A stretch of 64,000 bases of DNA from Gemmatimonadota bacterium (GTDB lineage Bacteria > Gemmatimonadota > Gemmatimonadetes > Longimicrobiales > Gaopeijiaceae), in assembly GCA_039589315.1 (NCBI GenBank), contig JBDHHQ010000002.1, positions 32,001 through 96,000 of the forward strand, in the 5' to 3' direction. The notes below the pieces were generated by a model. The model was not told the origin of the DNA, ran no database searches, and was given only the letters and a program-made list of their open reading frames with translations. The position numbers and the translations under genes were made by a program. This document shows, one piece after another, positions 9,242 to 20,046 of this stretch (position 1 is the stretch's first letter; every line of letters starts with the position of its first letter).

Positions 9242-9847
9242 TCAGAACGCCCCGAACTTGAAGGTCAACGTGCCCGCCGGGCCCCGGAGGGACTCGTCGG
9301 TGAGACCTGCCAGATCGACGTCGTGGACGAACCGGTACGAGCCTCCGAAGCCCACACGGAACACCTTGTGGACGTTGAGCATCACGTTGACGCCCGGTTC
9401 CGCGATGAAGAAGGCGTCGGCGGTCTCGTCGGTGCAGCACCCGTGCACCGAGTCCTCGAAGCCCACACCACCCGCGCCCACCAGCCCCTGGAACGAGACG
9501 TGCACGACCCGGTGTGAGCTGATGACCCACTCCATCTCGAGACCTCCATAGCCCATGAACAGGCGGTTGCGGAAGCCGCCCGGGCCTGTGCGGTCGAAGC
9601 TCCCCGTGTTGGCCAGACCATAGAGCCCGGCGCCAAGGACGAACGTGTGGTCGACGATCCACCCGCCCCTGAATCCAACCAGCAACCCGAACTGGTCGTC
9701 GATCTCGGTAAACTTCAGGACCGGACCCCCGAAGCCCCCGCTGTCGATGCCGCCCCGAATGAGTGTCTCCGCCTCCTGCGCCGAAGCCGATCCCGGTAGG
9801 GCTACCAGGCTGGCGACGACCATCGATATCCCCCATGAGCTCCGCAC
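9242..9847 (-). CDS. Putative outer-membrane beta-barrel protein
   Basis: Signal peptide ending ASA-Q, alternating Gly/aromatic strands, C-terminal Phe (KFGAF); GTG start at 9847 inferred. Confidence 0.65.
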   Translation of the reverse strand: MRSSWGISMVVASLVALPGSASAQEAETLIRGGIDSGGFGGPVLKFTEIDDQFGLLVGFRGGWIVDHTFVLGAGLYGLANTGSFDRTGPGGFRNRLFMGYGGLEMEWVISSHRVVHVSFQGLVGAGGVGFEDSVHGCCTDETADAFFIAEPGVNVMLNVHKVFRVGFGGSYRFVHDVDLAGLTDESLRGPAGTLTFKFGAF

Positions 9848-10084
9848 CGCGCTCTCTCCCAAGATTGTTGTCGTCCGTCCTCTCCATGCCTCGAGGCCGA
9901 GGCGCTCTAGCATCTCGAGCACTCCGGGACGAAGCACGGCCGCTTCCACAGGGGAAACGCGGCCGGGGGCGGAGTTCTGACGGAAATGGGGGTCGGTCGC
10001 GACGGAGCGGACCGCACGCCGGGAGGCGACTTCAGACACGGTGAGGCGATCTTCCGAAGCGGGCCCAGGCAGGGCCAGTCGCGA

Positions 10085-11983
10085 TCAGGCCTCGGGCGCC
10101 TCGTCCAGATCGTCGGAGGGGACCCAACCCGCCTCGCCGAGCTTCCGCCGCACCGAGGCGCTCTGTTCGGTCAAGGTGCAAAAGAAGAAGACGTCGCCCT
10201 TGCGCGCGCGGGTCCGGGCGTCCACCGGGAAGGTCTGCTTTCTGCGGGTGACGGCCAGCGCCAGCATCATGCTGCTTGCCCAGTCCTCGAGCCAGACCGC
10301 GGAATCGGACGCCTGCTCCTCCTCCGGGGCGAAGGTCCATCGGTCCACGACCGCGGCCCACCGGAGCAGATCGTGGTTCCACCGCTCCATGTCCACGGGT
10401 TGGCCGAAGAGCACATGATGACCGTCGCCCTGGATGCGTTCCAGGCGGGCGCGCGAGCTACCCCGGTTCAGCGCCACGAACGTCGCGACCTGATGGCGGA
10501 CGATGTCGCGGGCACTCTGGACCACGAGCAGATTGACGGCCGTGTTCGGCGTCACGGCGAGGATGCCGCGCCTGCACTCCACGTCGGCTCGGAGCAGCGT
10601 GTTCTCGTCCGTGGCGTCGCCGTACACGATGGGCAGATCCTCGACCTCGGCTTCGGCCACCTCTAGGGGGTTGCGGTCGACCAGCACCACCGAGTGTCCC
10701 TGACCACCCAGAATCTCGGCCAGCGCCCGGCCCAGGGCGCTGGCGCCGACGATGGCGTACCCGTCGTTCTGCTTCTTGCGAACGCCGAGCACAGACGCCA
10801 CGGGCCCCCCAGTGAGGCCCTGGATGACCACGGTGACGGCGATGACCATGAAGACAAGGGCCCGGAGCTCCGGCCCACCGCTCATCCCGTGCTCCACCAT
10901 GCTCTGGGCGAAGAACGACGCCACCGCGGCCGCCACGATTCCGCGAGGAGACAGCCAACTCAGGAACGCCTTCTCGCGCCAGGTGAGGTCGGAGCCGATG
11001 GTGCTCGCCCCCACGCACAGCGGACGCACGACGAACATGAGCAGCGCAATGGTCAGGAGCCCCGCCCATCCGACCGCCTGCACGTCCACGAGGCGGACGT
11101 CTGCCGCCAACAGCACGAAGAGCATGCCGACGAGCATGACCGTGAGCTGTTCCTTGAACTCCAGGAGCTCCTGCTTGAGGCCGGTGAGGTTGCCCACGAC
11201 CATGCCGGCCACCACGACGGCCATGATGCCGCTCTCCGACTGCAGCGCATTGCTGATCTCGAACGACGCCAGCGCCAACGCGAGCGCCATGACGTTCTGG
11301 AGCGGCTCGGGCACCAGCGTGCGCCCCCGGAGCAGCCCGCTGATGACGAGTCCCCCGATGGCGCCCACCAGCACGCCCGTGCCCAACTTGACGAAGACCT
11401 CCAGCCCACCGGCGGCGGCCCCGTAGTCGGCCACGACCACCTCCAGAGCCACCACCGCGACGATGGCCCCGATGGGGTCGATGAGCACGCCCTCGGCCTC
11501 CAAGATCGCGTGGACGTTGCGCTTGACCTGAATCCGCCGTAGCAGGGGCGTGATGACGGTGGGGCCCGTAACGATGACCAGCGTGCCGAAGAGGATGGCG
11601 AGGGGCCAGTCCCAGCCCTCGACGAGACGGACCGCCAGGGTGGCGCCCACGGCAGTCACGAGCGCCCCCACGGTAATCAGTGAGCGGATCACGCCCGCCT
11701 CGTGCCGAAAACGCTGGAAGTTGAGGTTCAGCCCGCCCTCGAAGAGGATCACGGCCACGGCGAGCTCCACGAGCATGGGCAATCCCGTGCCGATGCTCTC
11801 GGGCCGTACGATGTCCAATCCGTCGGGACCGAGCATCACCCCCAGGAGCAGCAGCAGCACGATCCCCGGGATTCGGAGATGATGAGCGGCCGTCTGGCCC
11901 AGGACGCCCGCCGCCAGGGCCACCGCCACGGTCAGGGCTGGGTCGTCGGAGAAGGCGAGTTCCAGAACGCGCTCCTCGGTCAC
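10085..11983 (-). CDS. Cation:proton antiporter (CPA1/NhaP type) with C-terminal TrkA-N (RCK) domain
   Basis: ILFEGGL, VTGPTVI, EGVLIDPIG, PRGIVAA; AIVGASALGR and VYGDATDE in the RCK domain; start uncertain. Confidence 0.9.
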   Translation of the reverse strand: MTEERVLELAFSDDPALTVAVALAAGVLGQTAAHHLRIPGIVLLLLLGVMLGPDGLDIVRPESIGTGLPMLVELAVAVILFEGGLNLNFQRFRHEAGVIRSLITVGALVTAVGATLAVRLVEGWDWPLAILFGTLVIVTGPTVITPLLRRIQVKRNVHAILEAEGVLIDPIGAIVAVVALEVVVADYGAAAGGLEVFVKLGTGVLVGAIGGLVISGLLRGRTLVPEPLQNVMALALALASFEISNALQSESGIMAVVVAGMVVGNLTGLKQELLEFKEQLTVMLVGMLFVLLAADVRLVDVQAVGWAGLLTIALLMFVVRPLCVGASTIGSDLTWREKAFLSWLSPRGIVAAAVASFFAQSMVEHGMSGGPELRALVFMVIAVTVVIQGLTGGPVASVLGVRKKQNDGYAIVGASALGRALAEILGGQGHSVVLVDRNPLEVAEAEVEDLPIVYGDATDENTLLRADVECRRGILAVTPNTAVNLLVVQSARDIVRHQVATFVALNRGSSRARLERIQGDGHHVLFGQPVDMERWNHDLLRWAAVVDRWTFAPEEEQASDSAVWLEDWASSMMLALAVTRRKQTFPVDARTRARKGDVFFFCTLTEQSASVRRKLGEAGWVPSDDLDEAPEA

Positions 11984-12209
11984 GGGAGTACGAAGAACCG
12001 GCAAGGTAAGACACCAACGGGAGGCGGGCACGGCTTTCGCGCGACGCTGGGCCGGGGGCAAGGAGAGGAGCGTCCCGGACCCGGGGGCCCGCACCCCACC
12101 AGCCGGCGATGCGGCTCCCGACTCCAGTCCTTTTCCCGGCCACCCGACGGAGTCTACCTTCACGGCTTCCTGCGCCGCCCGATCGGCCCGATCCCCGAGG
12201 AAGCCCAAG

Positions 12210-13973
12210 ATGGCACCACCACGCAGACACTGGCGAGCCCTGCCGGCCCCTGTGCTCCTGTTCGTCCTCGCCGGCCTGGCCTGTCAGGCCCCGACGCCTC
12301 AGGAGTCCCCGCAGACCCGGCTCCGCTTTTCCGTCACCTTGCCGGCCGATGCTGCCGACTCGTCGCTGGACGGCCGCCTGGTGGTGATGCTCTCGACGGA
12401 CGACTCGGCGGAGCCTCGCTTCCAGATCGCCGACGGGCCTCGGTCCCAGCTCGGGTTCGGCATCGACGTCGAGGGCTGGTCTCCGGGGAGCGACGTGGAC
12501 GTGGACGCCTCCGCGTGGGGCTACCCCATCCAGAGCCTGGCCGACGTTCCGGCGGGGACCTACAGGGTGCAGGCGCTGCTGAACCGTTACGAGACCTTCA
12601 ACCGAGCCGACGGCCACACCGTCAAGCTCCCGCCGGATCGCGGGGAAGGGCAGCAATGGAACCGCAAGCCGGGAAACCTCTACAGCACGCCGGTCGAGGT
12701 CCGAGTGGATCCGACCAGCTCCGCGGCGATCGAGGTCGTGCTCGATCAACGGATCCCCGAGATCGAGCCCCCGCCAGAGCACGAGTACGTGCGGCATGTG
12801 CGCATCCGCAGTGACCTGCTCTCCGACTTCTGGGGCACGGACACGTACCTCGGGGCCCACGTGCTCCTTCCGGAGGGCTTCGATTCACACCCGGACGCAC
12901 GGTACCCCCTGGCGGTCTTCCACGGACACTTCCCCCACGACTTCGGCGGCTGGCGCGAGGAGCCCCCGGATCCGGACCTCCCGTGCGAATACAGCGCCCG
13001 CTTCGACCTGGACTGCTACAACCGCATTCAGCAGGAGGAGGCCTACCAACTCTATCAGGAGTGGACCGGCCCGAACTTCCCGCGCATGCTGGTCATCGAG
13101 ATCCAACACGCGAATCCCTACTACGACGACTCCTACGCGGTGAACTCGGCGAACCTGGGCCCGTACGGCGACGCCATCACCTACGAGCTGATTCCGTACA
13201 TCGAGGAGCAGTTCCGGGGCATCGGCGAGGGGTGGTCCCGCTTCCTCTACGGCGGCTCGACGGGCGGCTGGGAAGCCCTGGGGGTTCAGATCAAGTATCC
13301 CGAGGACTACAACGGCGCCTACGGGGCCTGTCCGGATCCCATCGACTTCCGGGCCTACACGGTGGTGGACATCTACGAGGACGAGAACGCCTACTACCTG
13401 GACAGTCCCTTCAAGCGCACGCCCCGTCCAGGACACCGGGACTACCTGGGCCACGTGGACGCCACCTTGGAGGAAATGAACCACCGCGAGTTACTCCTCG
13501 GCACGCGGGGCCGCTCCGGCCAGCAATGGGATATCTGGGAAGCCGTGTACTCGCCGGTGGATGAAGACGGGTATCCAAGGCGCCTCTGGGACAAGGTGAC
13601 GGGCGAGATCGACCCCGAAGTGGCCGCCCACTGGCGGGAGAACTACGACCTGGTCCACATCCTGAGGCGGGACTGGGCCGAGCTGGGTGAGAGGCTCGAA
13701 GGGAAGATCAACATCTATGTCGGTGACATGGACAACTACTACCTGAACAACGCCGTCTACCTGGCCGAGGAGTTCCTGGAGAGCACCGCGGACCCCTACT
13801 TCTCCGGTGAGATCGACTACGGAGACCGGGCCGAGCATTGCTGGAACGGTGACCAGACCCGTAGCAACGCCTATTCGCGGCTCCGGTACGTCCAGATGTT
13901 CGCCCCGAAGATCGTGGAGCGGATCCTGGAGACGGCCCCGCCAGGGGCGGACCTGACCAGTTGGCGCTACTAG
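12210..13973 (+). CDS. Lipoprotein, alpha/beta-hydrolase (putative esterase)
   Basis: Lipobox LAC; GGSTGG elbow; SANLGPYGDAITYELIPYIE. Confidence 0.8.
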   Translation: MAPPRRHWRALPAPVLLFVLAGLACQAPTPQESPQTRLRFSVTLPADAADSSLDGRLVVMLSTDDSAEPRFQIADGPRSQLGFGIDVEGWSPGSDVDVDASAWGYPIQSLADVPAGTYRVQALLNRYETFNRADGHTVKLPPDRGEGQQWNRKPGNLYSTPVEVRVDPTSSAAIEVVLDQRIPEIEPPPEHEYVRHVRIRSDLLSDFWGTDTYLGAHVLLPEGFDSHPDARYPLAVFHGHFPHDFGGWREEPPDPDLPCEYSARFDLDCYNRIQQEEAYQLYQEWTGPNFPRMLVIEIQHANPYYDDSYAVNSANLGPYGDAITYELIPYIEEQFRGIGEGWSRFLYGGSTGGWEALGVQIKYPEDYNGAYGACPDPIDFRAYTVVDIYEDENAYYLDSPFKRTPRPGHRDYLGHVDATLEEMNHRELLLGTRGRSGQQWDIWEAVYSPVDEDGYPRRLWDKVTGEIDPEVAAHWRENYDLVHILRRDWAELGERLEGKINIYVGDMDNYYLNNAVYLAEEFLESTADPYFSGEIDYGDRAEHCWNGDQTRSNAYSRLRYVQMFAPKIVERILETAPPGADLTSWRY

Positions 13974-14040
13974 CGCGCCGCCTCGCACCGGCCCAGTCGC
14001 GGGACCGGGGCGCCACGAGGGACCCTTTGGAGGAGGCGAC

Positions 14041-15963
14041 GTGACGAGAATCACTCTTATGACCTGTACCTTAGCGGTAGCGGTTGCCGCGCCGCTGGTC
14101 GCCCAGACGGCGGACCGCATAGCCGTGGACCCCGAGCGCATGGAGCTCAGGGTGGACGAAACCCGGCGCGCCGCCGCCACCGTGTACGCCGAGGACGGCG
14201 GCCCACTGGAGAGCGTGTCGGTCCAGTGGTTCACCACGACTCCCGAGATCGTATCGGTCGACGCCTCGGGCCAAATCACCGCCCTCCGGCCTGGCGAAGC
14301 CCGCGTGTCCGCCGTTTCCGGTAGCGCGGCAGCATTCGTCACTGTCGTGGTTCGGCAGGAGCTGGCGCGCCTGGAGATCTCCATGCCCGTCGAGGATCTG
14401 CGCCTGGGTACGAGCGCCCCCCTGGGCGTGCGCGCCATCGACACCTTCGAGGAGCCGCTGCCGGGAGCCGAGCTCCTCTTCGAGAGCAGCGAGCCCACGG
14501 TGGCTTCGGTGGACGCGAGCGGCCGGGTCTACGGGCTTTCGGCAGGACGGGCGACGATACGGGCCCGGTCAGGGGACGTGTCCCGGTCGATCACCGTAGA
14601 GGTGGAGGACCGGGGCAGGCTCACGTACGAGCTCGACTCCACCGCCGGCGAGGTCCGGACCGGCGACGTCGTCCGCTTCCGTCTCACGGGGCTGGAGGAG
14701 GGAGGGGGGCGCGCCGCTCTCTACCCGGCCTGGACCGTGAGCGCGCCCGGCGCCCAGATCGAAGCCGACGGGGCCGAGGGCGTCTTCGTGGCGGAGGCGC
14801 CTGGAACCTACCGGGTCGCCGCGCAGATCGGAGAGGGCACCGCTCGATCCGGGATCGTCAGAGTCACGGAGCGACCCACAGAGAGTCGGCTCGCGAAGGT
14901 AGGGCGTGGCCCCGCTTCCACCCATCACTCGGGGGACACCTGGGTCTTCGAGGGCGTGGACGGGCGGGACTACGCGTACGTCGGGACCTTCTACCACGAC
15001 TGGATGAAGGTGTGGGACGTCACCGATCCGGGGGCTCCCGTGCTCACCGACTCGATCCAGGCGGACGCCAGGCGCATCAACGACGTGAAGATCCACCCGG
15101 ACAACACGCTGGGCATCATCACCCGCGAGGGCGCCTCGGATCGGCGAAACGGGATCATCCTCCTGGACCTCGCCGAACCGGCTCATCCGGTGATCCTCTC
15201 CGAGTACACGGAGACCGTGACCGGTGGCGTGCACAACGTCTGGATCGACGGGAAGAACGAGTTGGTCTACGCAGTGCACAACGGAACGTCGGATATGCAC
15301 ATTCTCGACATCGCGGACCGCCGCGCCCCCCGGGAGGTCGGCCGGTGGGGTCTGGAAAAGCAGGACAAGACGCTCCATGACGTGATCGTCCAGGACGGGT
15401 ACGCGTATCTCTCGTACTGGGACGACGGCATCGTCACGCTCGACGTGGGCGCCGGAACGCACGGCGGCGCGCCTCGCACGCCGGCCTTCGTGAGTCAGTT
15501 CAGGTATCCGGTCGGAAACACCCATGTTGCATGGCGTTACGGACGCTACTTGTTCATCGGTGACGAGATCTTCCCGGACGACTGGGACCCTGAGCGACCC
15601 ATCGAAGCCAGGGGCTACGTGCACGTGGTCGACTATGCAGACCCGGAAGAGCCGGTGGAGGTGGCGCGGTACGAGATCCCCGAGGCCGGAGCCCACAACC
15701 TCTGGGCCGAAGACGACAAGCTGTACGTGGGGTACTACCAGGCCGGCCTCCGGGTCGTCGACATCTCCGGGGAGCTCCGAGGCGACCTCTATCGCCAGGG
15801 TCGTGAGTTGGCTGCCATCAAGACCATCGATGCCGACATGGTGGTGCCGAATTGGCCCATGACGTGGGGCGCCCAGGTGTTCAAGGGCAACATCTACACC
15901 TCGGACCTGAATTCGGGCCTCTGGATCGCCAAGCTGCAGGAGCAGCCGGCCGTCGTCTTCTGA
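14041..15963 (+). CDS. Secreted Ig-like (Big_2) + LVIVD-repeat beta-propeller protein
   Basis: Signal peptide; VSVDASGQITALRPG and VASVDASGRVYGLSAG; repeats GIILLDLAEP, MHILDIAD, GLRVVDIS; several His-bearing blades (GVHN, LHD, THVA, AHN). Confidence 0.85.
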   Translation: MTRITLMTCTLAVAVAAPLVAQTADRIAVDPERMELRVDETRRAAATVYAEDGGPLESVSVQWFTTTPEIVSVDASGQITALRPGEARVSAVSGSAAAFVTVVVRQELARLEISMPVEDLRLGTSAPLGVRAIDTFEEPLPGAELLFESSEPTVASVDASGRVYGLSAGRATIRARSGDVSRSITVEVEDRGRLTYELDSTAGEVRTGDVVRFRLTGLEEGGGRAALYPAWTVSAPGAQIEADGAEGVFVAEAPGTYRVAAQIGEGTARSGIVRVTERPTESRLAKVGRGPASTHHSGDTWVFEGVDGRDYAYVGTFYHDWMKVWDVTDPGAPVLTDSIQADARRINDVKIHPDNTLGIITREGASDRRNGIILLDLAEPAHPVILSEYTETVTGGVHNVWIDGKNELVYAVHNGTSDMHILDIADRRAPREVGRWGLEKQDKTLHDVIVQDGYAYLSYWDDGIVTLDVGAGTHGGAPRTPAFVSQFRYPVGNTHVAWRYGRYLFIGDEIFPDDWDPERPIEARGYVHVVDYADPEEPVEVARYEIPEAGAHNLWAEDDKLYVGYYQAGLRVVDISGELRGDLYRQGRELAAIKTIDADMVVPNWPMTWGAQVFKGNIYTSDLNSGLWIAKLQEQPAVVF

Positions 15964-15977
15964 CGACCGGCGCGACC

Positions 15978-16925
15978 ATGACGGCCACTGAGGCTGCGAG
16001 ACGGACCATCGCGCCGTTCGTGCTCCGCACGCCTCTCGTCCACGTGCCTTCGCTGAGCCGGGTCGCGGGAGCGCCGGTTCACCTGAAGCTCGAGAGCCTT
16101 CAGGTCACTGGGTCCTTCAAGGTCCGGGGCGCGGCGAACCGCATGGCATGGCTGTCGGACGAAGAGCGGCAGCGGGGCGTGGTCACGTGCTCCAGCGGCA
16201 ATCACGGCCGCGCCGTGGCGTTCGTGGCCGAGCGGATGGGCGTGCCTGCCACGATCTGCGTGCCAGAGTGGGTGGATCCGGTCAAGCTCGAGGGAATGCG
16301 TGGCTCAGGTGCCCGGATCGTGGCGGCGGCAGGCACCTACGACCAGGCCGCCGAGGCCGCGGAGCGACTGGCCGATGAGGAGGGGCTGACCTTCGTCCAC
16401 CCCTTCGACGACCCGATGGTGATCGCGGGGCAGGGCACGATCGGCCTCGAGATCGTCGAGGACCTTCCCGGCGTGGCGCACGTGGTCGTCCCCCTGTCCG
16501 GGGGAGGGTTGTGCGGCGGCATCGCGGACGCCCTGAGACAGGTGCGGTCCGAGGTCCGAGTGACGGCGGTGTCCGCTGAGCGGGCTCGCGTGATGCTGGC
16601 GAGCCTGGAAGCGGGCAAACCGGTGGAGCTCGACGAGGAGGAGACACTGGCGAACGCGTTGTCCGGCGGGATCGGCCTCGGCAACGCCCATACGTTCGCG
16701 CTCATCCGAGACCTGGTGCACGGGCACGCCGTCGTGACCGAGGACCAGATCGCCCAGGCGATGCGCTTCGCCGCCCGGGATCTCCACGTGGTCGTGGAGG
16801 GCGGGGGAGCCGTGGGAATCGCCGCCGTGCTGGCCGGTACGCTGCGCTGGACCGCTACCGAGGGACCCGTCGCCATCGTGGTGAGCGGCGGCAACGTGGA
16901 GGTGAGCCGGCTCGCCGGGCTCTAG
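15978..16925 (+). CDS. PLP-dependent threonine/serine dehydratase family (EutB-like)
   Basis: LKLESLQVTGSFKVRGA, SSGNHG, AGQGTIGLE, PLSGGGL, VSGGN. Confidence 0.88.
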   Translation: MTATEAARRTIAPFVLRTPLVHVPSLSRVAGAPVHLKLESLQVTGSFKVRGAANRMAWLSDEERQRGVVTCSSGNHGRAVAFVAERMGVPATICVPEWVDPVKLEGMRGSGARIVAAAGTYDQAAEAAERLADEEGLTFVHPFDDPMVIAGQGTIGLEIVEDLPGVAHVVVPLSGGGLCGGIADALRQVRSEVRVTAVSAERARVMLASLEAGKPVELDEEETLANALSGGIGLGNAHTFALIRDLVHGHAVVTEDQIAQAMRFAARDLHVVVEGGGAVGIAAVLAGTLRWTATEGPVAIVVSGGNVEVSRLAGL

Positions 16926-16926
16926 C

Positions 16927-19794
16927 TCACGGGATCTTCACCACCCACACCTGCACGTGGCTGGGCAGCGGCCCGCCGACCGGTGAGGACACGAACAGCG
17001 ACGTGGCCGGTTGGCTGGCCCCGCTCACCCGGAAGTACCCCGACGACCCGCCCCGCACGCTCAACAGATCCGTGAAGTCGGTGAAGCCCCGGGCCCGGGG
17101 AATGAGGCGGCCGGTCTCCACGAGCCCCCCGCTCTCGAAGATGTCGACCAGATCCCAGCTCGTGAAGCGGAGCATGGGGTCGAGACCCGCCTCCCGGTCA
17201 TCCAGATAGAGCGTGGCCGCCCAATAGGGCAGGAACTCCTCGGCGGGCATCCCCGCGAACGCCTCGAGCAGCGCGAATCCGGTCAGATTCGAGTCGATCA
17301 GCCCCTTCATCAAGGTGTCTTCGTCGCCCGCGTAGAATTGGTCGGCGATCCAACGGAGCAGGGACCAGGTCACGCCGTAGAACGACGGCCGGCTCAGGCA
17401 CTGGTCGTCGAGGTCGTCGAGCCAGGAGCATTCCTCGGGAGCGCCTTCGATCTGGGAGGATTGGTCCTGGTTGTTGGGCTTCCCGCCGAAGTAGAACACC
17501 AGATCAGCGAACCCTCCGGCGTACCAGAAGGCTGACTGGCTCCCGTCCTCGTTGAAGGCGACGTTGAAGCCATGGTTCTGGCCGGCCTGGTTGCCTTCCA
17601 CCTCGTGTCCCACCACCTCCTCGGCGTACGTGGCGCCACCTTCCGCATGAAAGTCCTCGAAGATGGGGGCATTCGCATCGATCCTCCGCCCGAACTGCTT
17701 GATGTGGGTGATCTCGTGGGCCAGGAGGATGGGGATGTCGGCACTCAGCTCGCTCTTCGACTGAGTCTGGCCGTGGATGCCGCTCTCGTCCGGGGCGATG
17801 AGGTAGAAGACCTCGCCCTCGTTGGACGAGGTGTTCGACGACGTGCGGGTGCCGAAGTCGCACCCGGACACGAAGCCCTGGAGGTTGCCGCTGGACCCGT
17901 TGGCCTTGTTGATCTCCTTGGTGATGACGATGGCGATTCGGCCGTTGTTGTCCAGGTCCGTGGCGGCCCCGAACACCGCGTCGTGCGCGGCCATGACGCC
18001 GTCCTCGAACTCGGCCGCGATGGCCTGGAGCTCCGCCTGGGTGAAGCCGCCGGCCGGGTTGCCGTCGTCATGGAACCAGATGACGCGGTCGGTCTTGGCG
18101 AAGACCGTGCCCGTGATGTCGAAGTGCGCGCTGCACGTAGCCCCGGCGTTCCAGTCCCGGACGCGAAGGTCCCTCGAGTCGCCCACCTCGCCATCCGGCA
18201 CGGCTGCGGGTGGTGCGCCGGCGGCCCGCGAGATCGGCACCTGGGTGGACGCATTGAGGCGCTCGATCTCCATCGCCACCAGGCGAGCCTCTTCGACCCG
18301 GTGGGCGTTCATCCGCTGCACGGCTGGGTCGATCAGGGGATCGGACCGACGCGAGTTCGACCTCGGCGAGGCGGCCGCGGCCAAGAGGGGCGGCGCGGCA
18401 CCGGCGCTCGGATCCTTGGTGGCGGTGACACGAAGCGGAGTCAGGAGGGTCGGCACCTCGGTCACCGACTGGACACCGATCAGGTAGTCTCCGGCGGACG
18501 CGTCTTCCGGAAGCTGCAGGCAGTACGTGTCCTGACCGTTCAGTACGGCGAGCTGACCCTCATCGAGATCGAGGAACGACCCGGGCTCCAGTGGGTGCGT
18601 AGCGGGGTCGCTTTCGAGACCGGCAGCGGTCACGGAGACCCGGACGTCCCGGGCCGGCCGGCACACGAAGGTGGGCACCTCGATCGTGAGCGAGCTCGTG
18701 CTGGCCGCGGTCACGACGGCCGCGACGCCGTCGACCAGGACCGTGTTACCGGCGGCCTGGGAGGCGAAGTTCGTGCCCGTGAGGGTCGCCGACCCGCCCT
18801 CCACCATGGCGCTCGGCGAGATGCCGGTGATGACGGGGGGCGTGGCCACCCCGGCGGACGTGGCGGTGAAGTCCACCGTTGTCCCTCCGCCAATGGCGGC
18901 CGTGGCGGTCTGCACGCCCTGGCTCATTCCCAGCATCCAGAACGTCTGAGCATTCCCGCTCCCGTCGGCATCCGAGGTGGCAGGGTCGAGCGTGCCGTTG
19001 CCGGTGGCGGCCGACCAGGTGACAGTCTCGCCCGAAACGCCGTTGCCGAACGCGTCGGTCACCCGGACGACGAGCGGATCGGCCAGCAGCGCGCCACCGA
19101 CTCCGGTCTGGCCATCGCCGCTGGCGACCTCCAGGTCCTCGGCCGGACCGGCCTGGGCCGTTGCGGCGAAGTCGGCAACGGCACTGCCGGCGGTGGCTCG
19201 CAGCGCCTGTGCCTCGGCGGTGTTGGTGCCCAGCGTCCAGCTCGCGCTCAGCGAGCCGTCCGGGCCCGTAGACCCACCGGATGGATCCACCAGCCCCCCG
19301 CCGGACACGACGCTGAAGGTGACGGCTTCACCGGCCACCGGGTTCCCGCGCGAGTCCTCGATGCGCACCGTGACGGGGCTCCCCAGGGCCGCGCCCACTA
19401 CACCGATCTGGGCGTCGCCCGAGACCTTGCCCACGACGGCAGGGAGCTGGTCCACCGTGATGGTAGCGCTGCCGGACGCGCTGCCGGCCATGGCCGTAAT
19501 GGTGGTGCTGCCCAGGGCCGCGGCGGTGACCAGTCCACCCGTCGACACCGTGGCCACGGCCGTCGACGAGCTGCTCCACGTCACGTTGGTGGCCATGGGC
19601 GTCCCGCTCTGGTCCCGTACCTGGGCCGTGAGCTGCACCGTGGCGCCCAGCGCGTCCAGCGTGGACGTCGACGGGCTCACGTTCACGGTCGTGGCAACCG
19701 GGGTGGGGGGCAGCGGCGGCGTTCCACCACCGCTGTCGCTGCATGCGCCGAGGATCAACAACAAACCGGTGGTGATTGCCGCTTTGCGAGCCAT
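16927..19794 (-). CDS. Surface lipoprotein with Ig-like (Big, IPT/TIG) domains and a C-terminal HEXXH metallopeptidase-like domain
   Basis: Lipobox LGAC; WSSSSTAVATVSTGGLVTA; repeated SGDxQxG..G..L.P; ITGISP..G.NF; LAHEITH...EGGATYAE. Confidence 0.85.
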   Translation of the reverse strand: MARKAAITTGLLLILGACSDSGGGTPPLPPTPVATTVNVSPSTSTLDALGATVQLTAQVRDQSGTPMATNVTWSSSSTAVATVSTGGLVTAAALGSTTITAMAGSASGSATITVDQLPAVVGKVSGDAQIGVVGAALGSPVTVRIEDSRGNPVAGEAVTFSVVSGGGLVDPSGGSTGPDGSLSASWTLGTNTAEAQALRATAGSAVADFAATAQAGPAEDLEVASGDGQTGVGGALLADPLVVRVTDAFGNGVSGETVTWSAATGNGTLDPATSDADGSGNAQTFWMLGMSQGVQTATAAIGGGTTVDFTATSAGVATPPVITGISPSAMVEGGSATLTGTNFASQAAGNTVLVDGVAAVVTAASTSSLTIEVPTFVCRPARDVRVSVTAAGLESDPATHPLEPGSFLDLDEGQLAVLNGQDTYCLQLPEDASAGDYLIGVQSVTEVPTLLTPLRVTATKDPSAGAAPPLLAAAASPRSNSRRSDPLIDPAVQRMNAHRVEEARLVAMEIERLNASTQVPISRAAGAPPAAVPDGEVGDSRDLRVRDWNAGATCSAHFDITGTVFAKTDRVIWFHDDGNPAGGFTQAELQAIAAEFEDGVMAAHDAVFGAATDLDNNGRIAIVITKEINKANGSSGNLQGFVSGCDFGTRTSSNTSSNEGEVFYLIAPDESGIHGQTQSKSELSADIPILLAHEITHIKQFGRRIDANAPIFEDFHAEGGATYAEEVVGHEVEGNQAGQNHGFNVAFNEDGSQSAFWYAGGFADLVFYFGGKPNNQDQSSQIEGAPEECSWLDDLDDQCLSRPSFYGVTWSLLRWIADQFYAGDEDTLMKGLIDSNLTGFALLEAFAGMPAEEFLPYWAATLYLDDREAGLDPMLRFTSWDLVDIFESGGLVETGRLIPRARGFTDFTDLLSVRGGSSGYFRVSGASQPATSLFVSSPVGGPLPSHVQVWVVKIP

Positions 19795-20046
19795 GTCCGT
19801 CCTGTCGAGCAGTAGCTGGGATATGTCGGGTCGCCCCGGCGCGCGAGCGGCGCGATTGGGCTGGGCGGGTAGCACTACACCACTGCGGTTCGAGAGGTCG
19901 CGGGCATCCTAGCTGCGGACGCACCCCCGCTAGAGGGCCCCGCCTCACCCCTCGAAGACGCCTGGTTCAGCCGACCTACGTGAGACCCATGACCTGGGTC
20001 CCACGACCCCAATGCGCTCGTCTTCGCCCTACACATCGAGTTTTCG

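Noticed and set aside
17572..19815. Long antisense or alternate-frame ORFs (also 10458-12860, 24204-25988, 39631-40731)
   Set aside because: Shadow ORFs of high-GC codon bias over well-supported genes; Arg/Gly/Pro-rich with no motifs.
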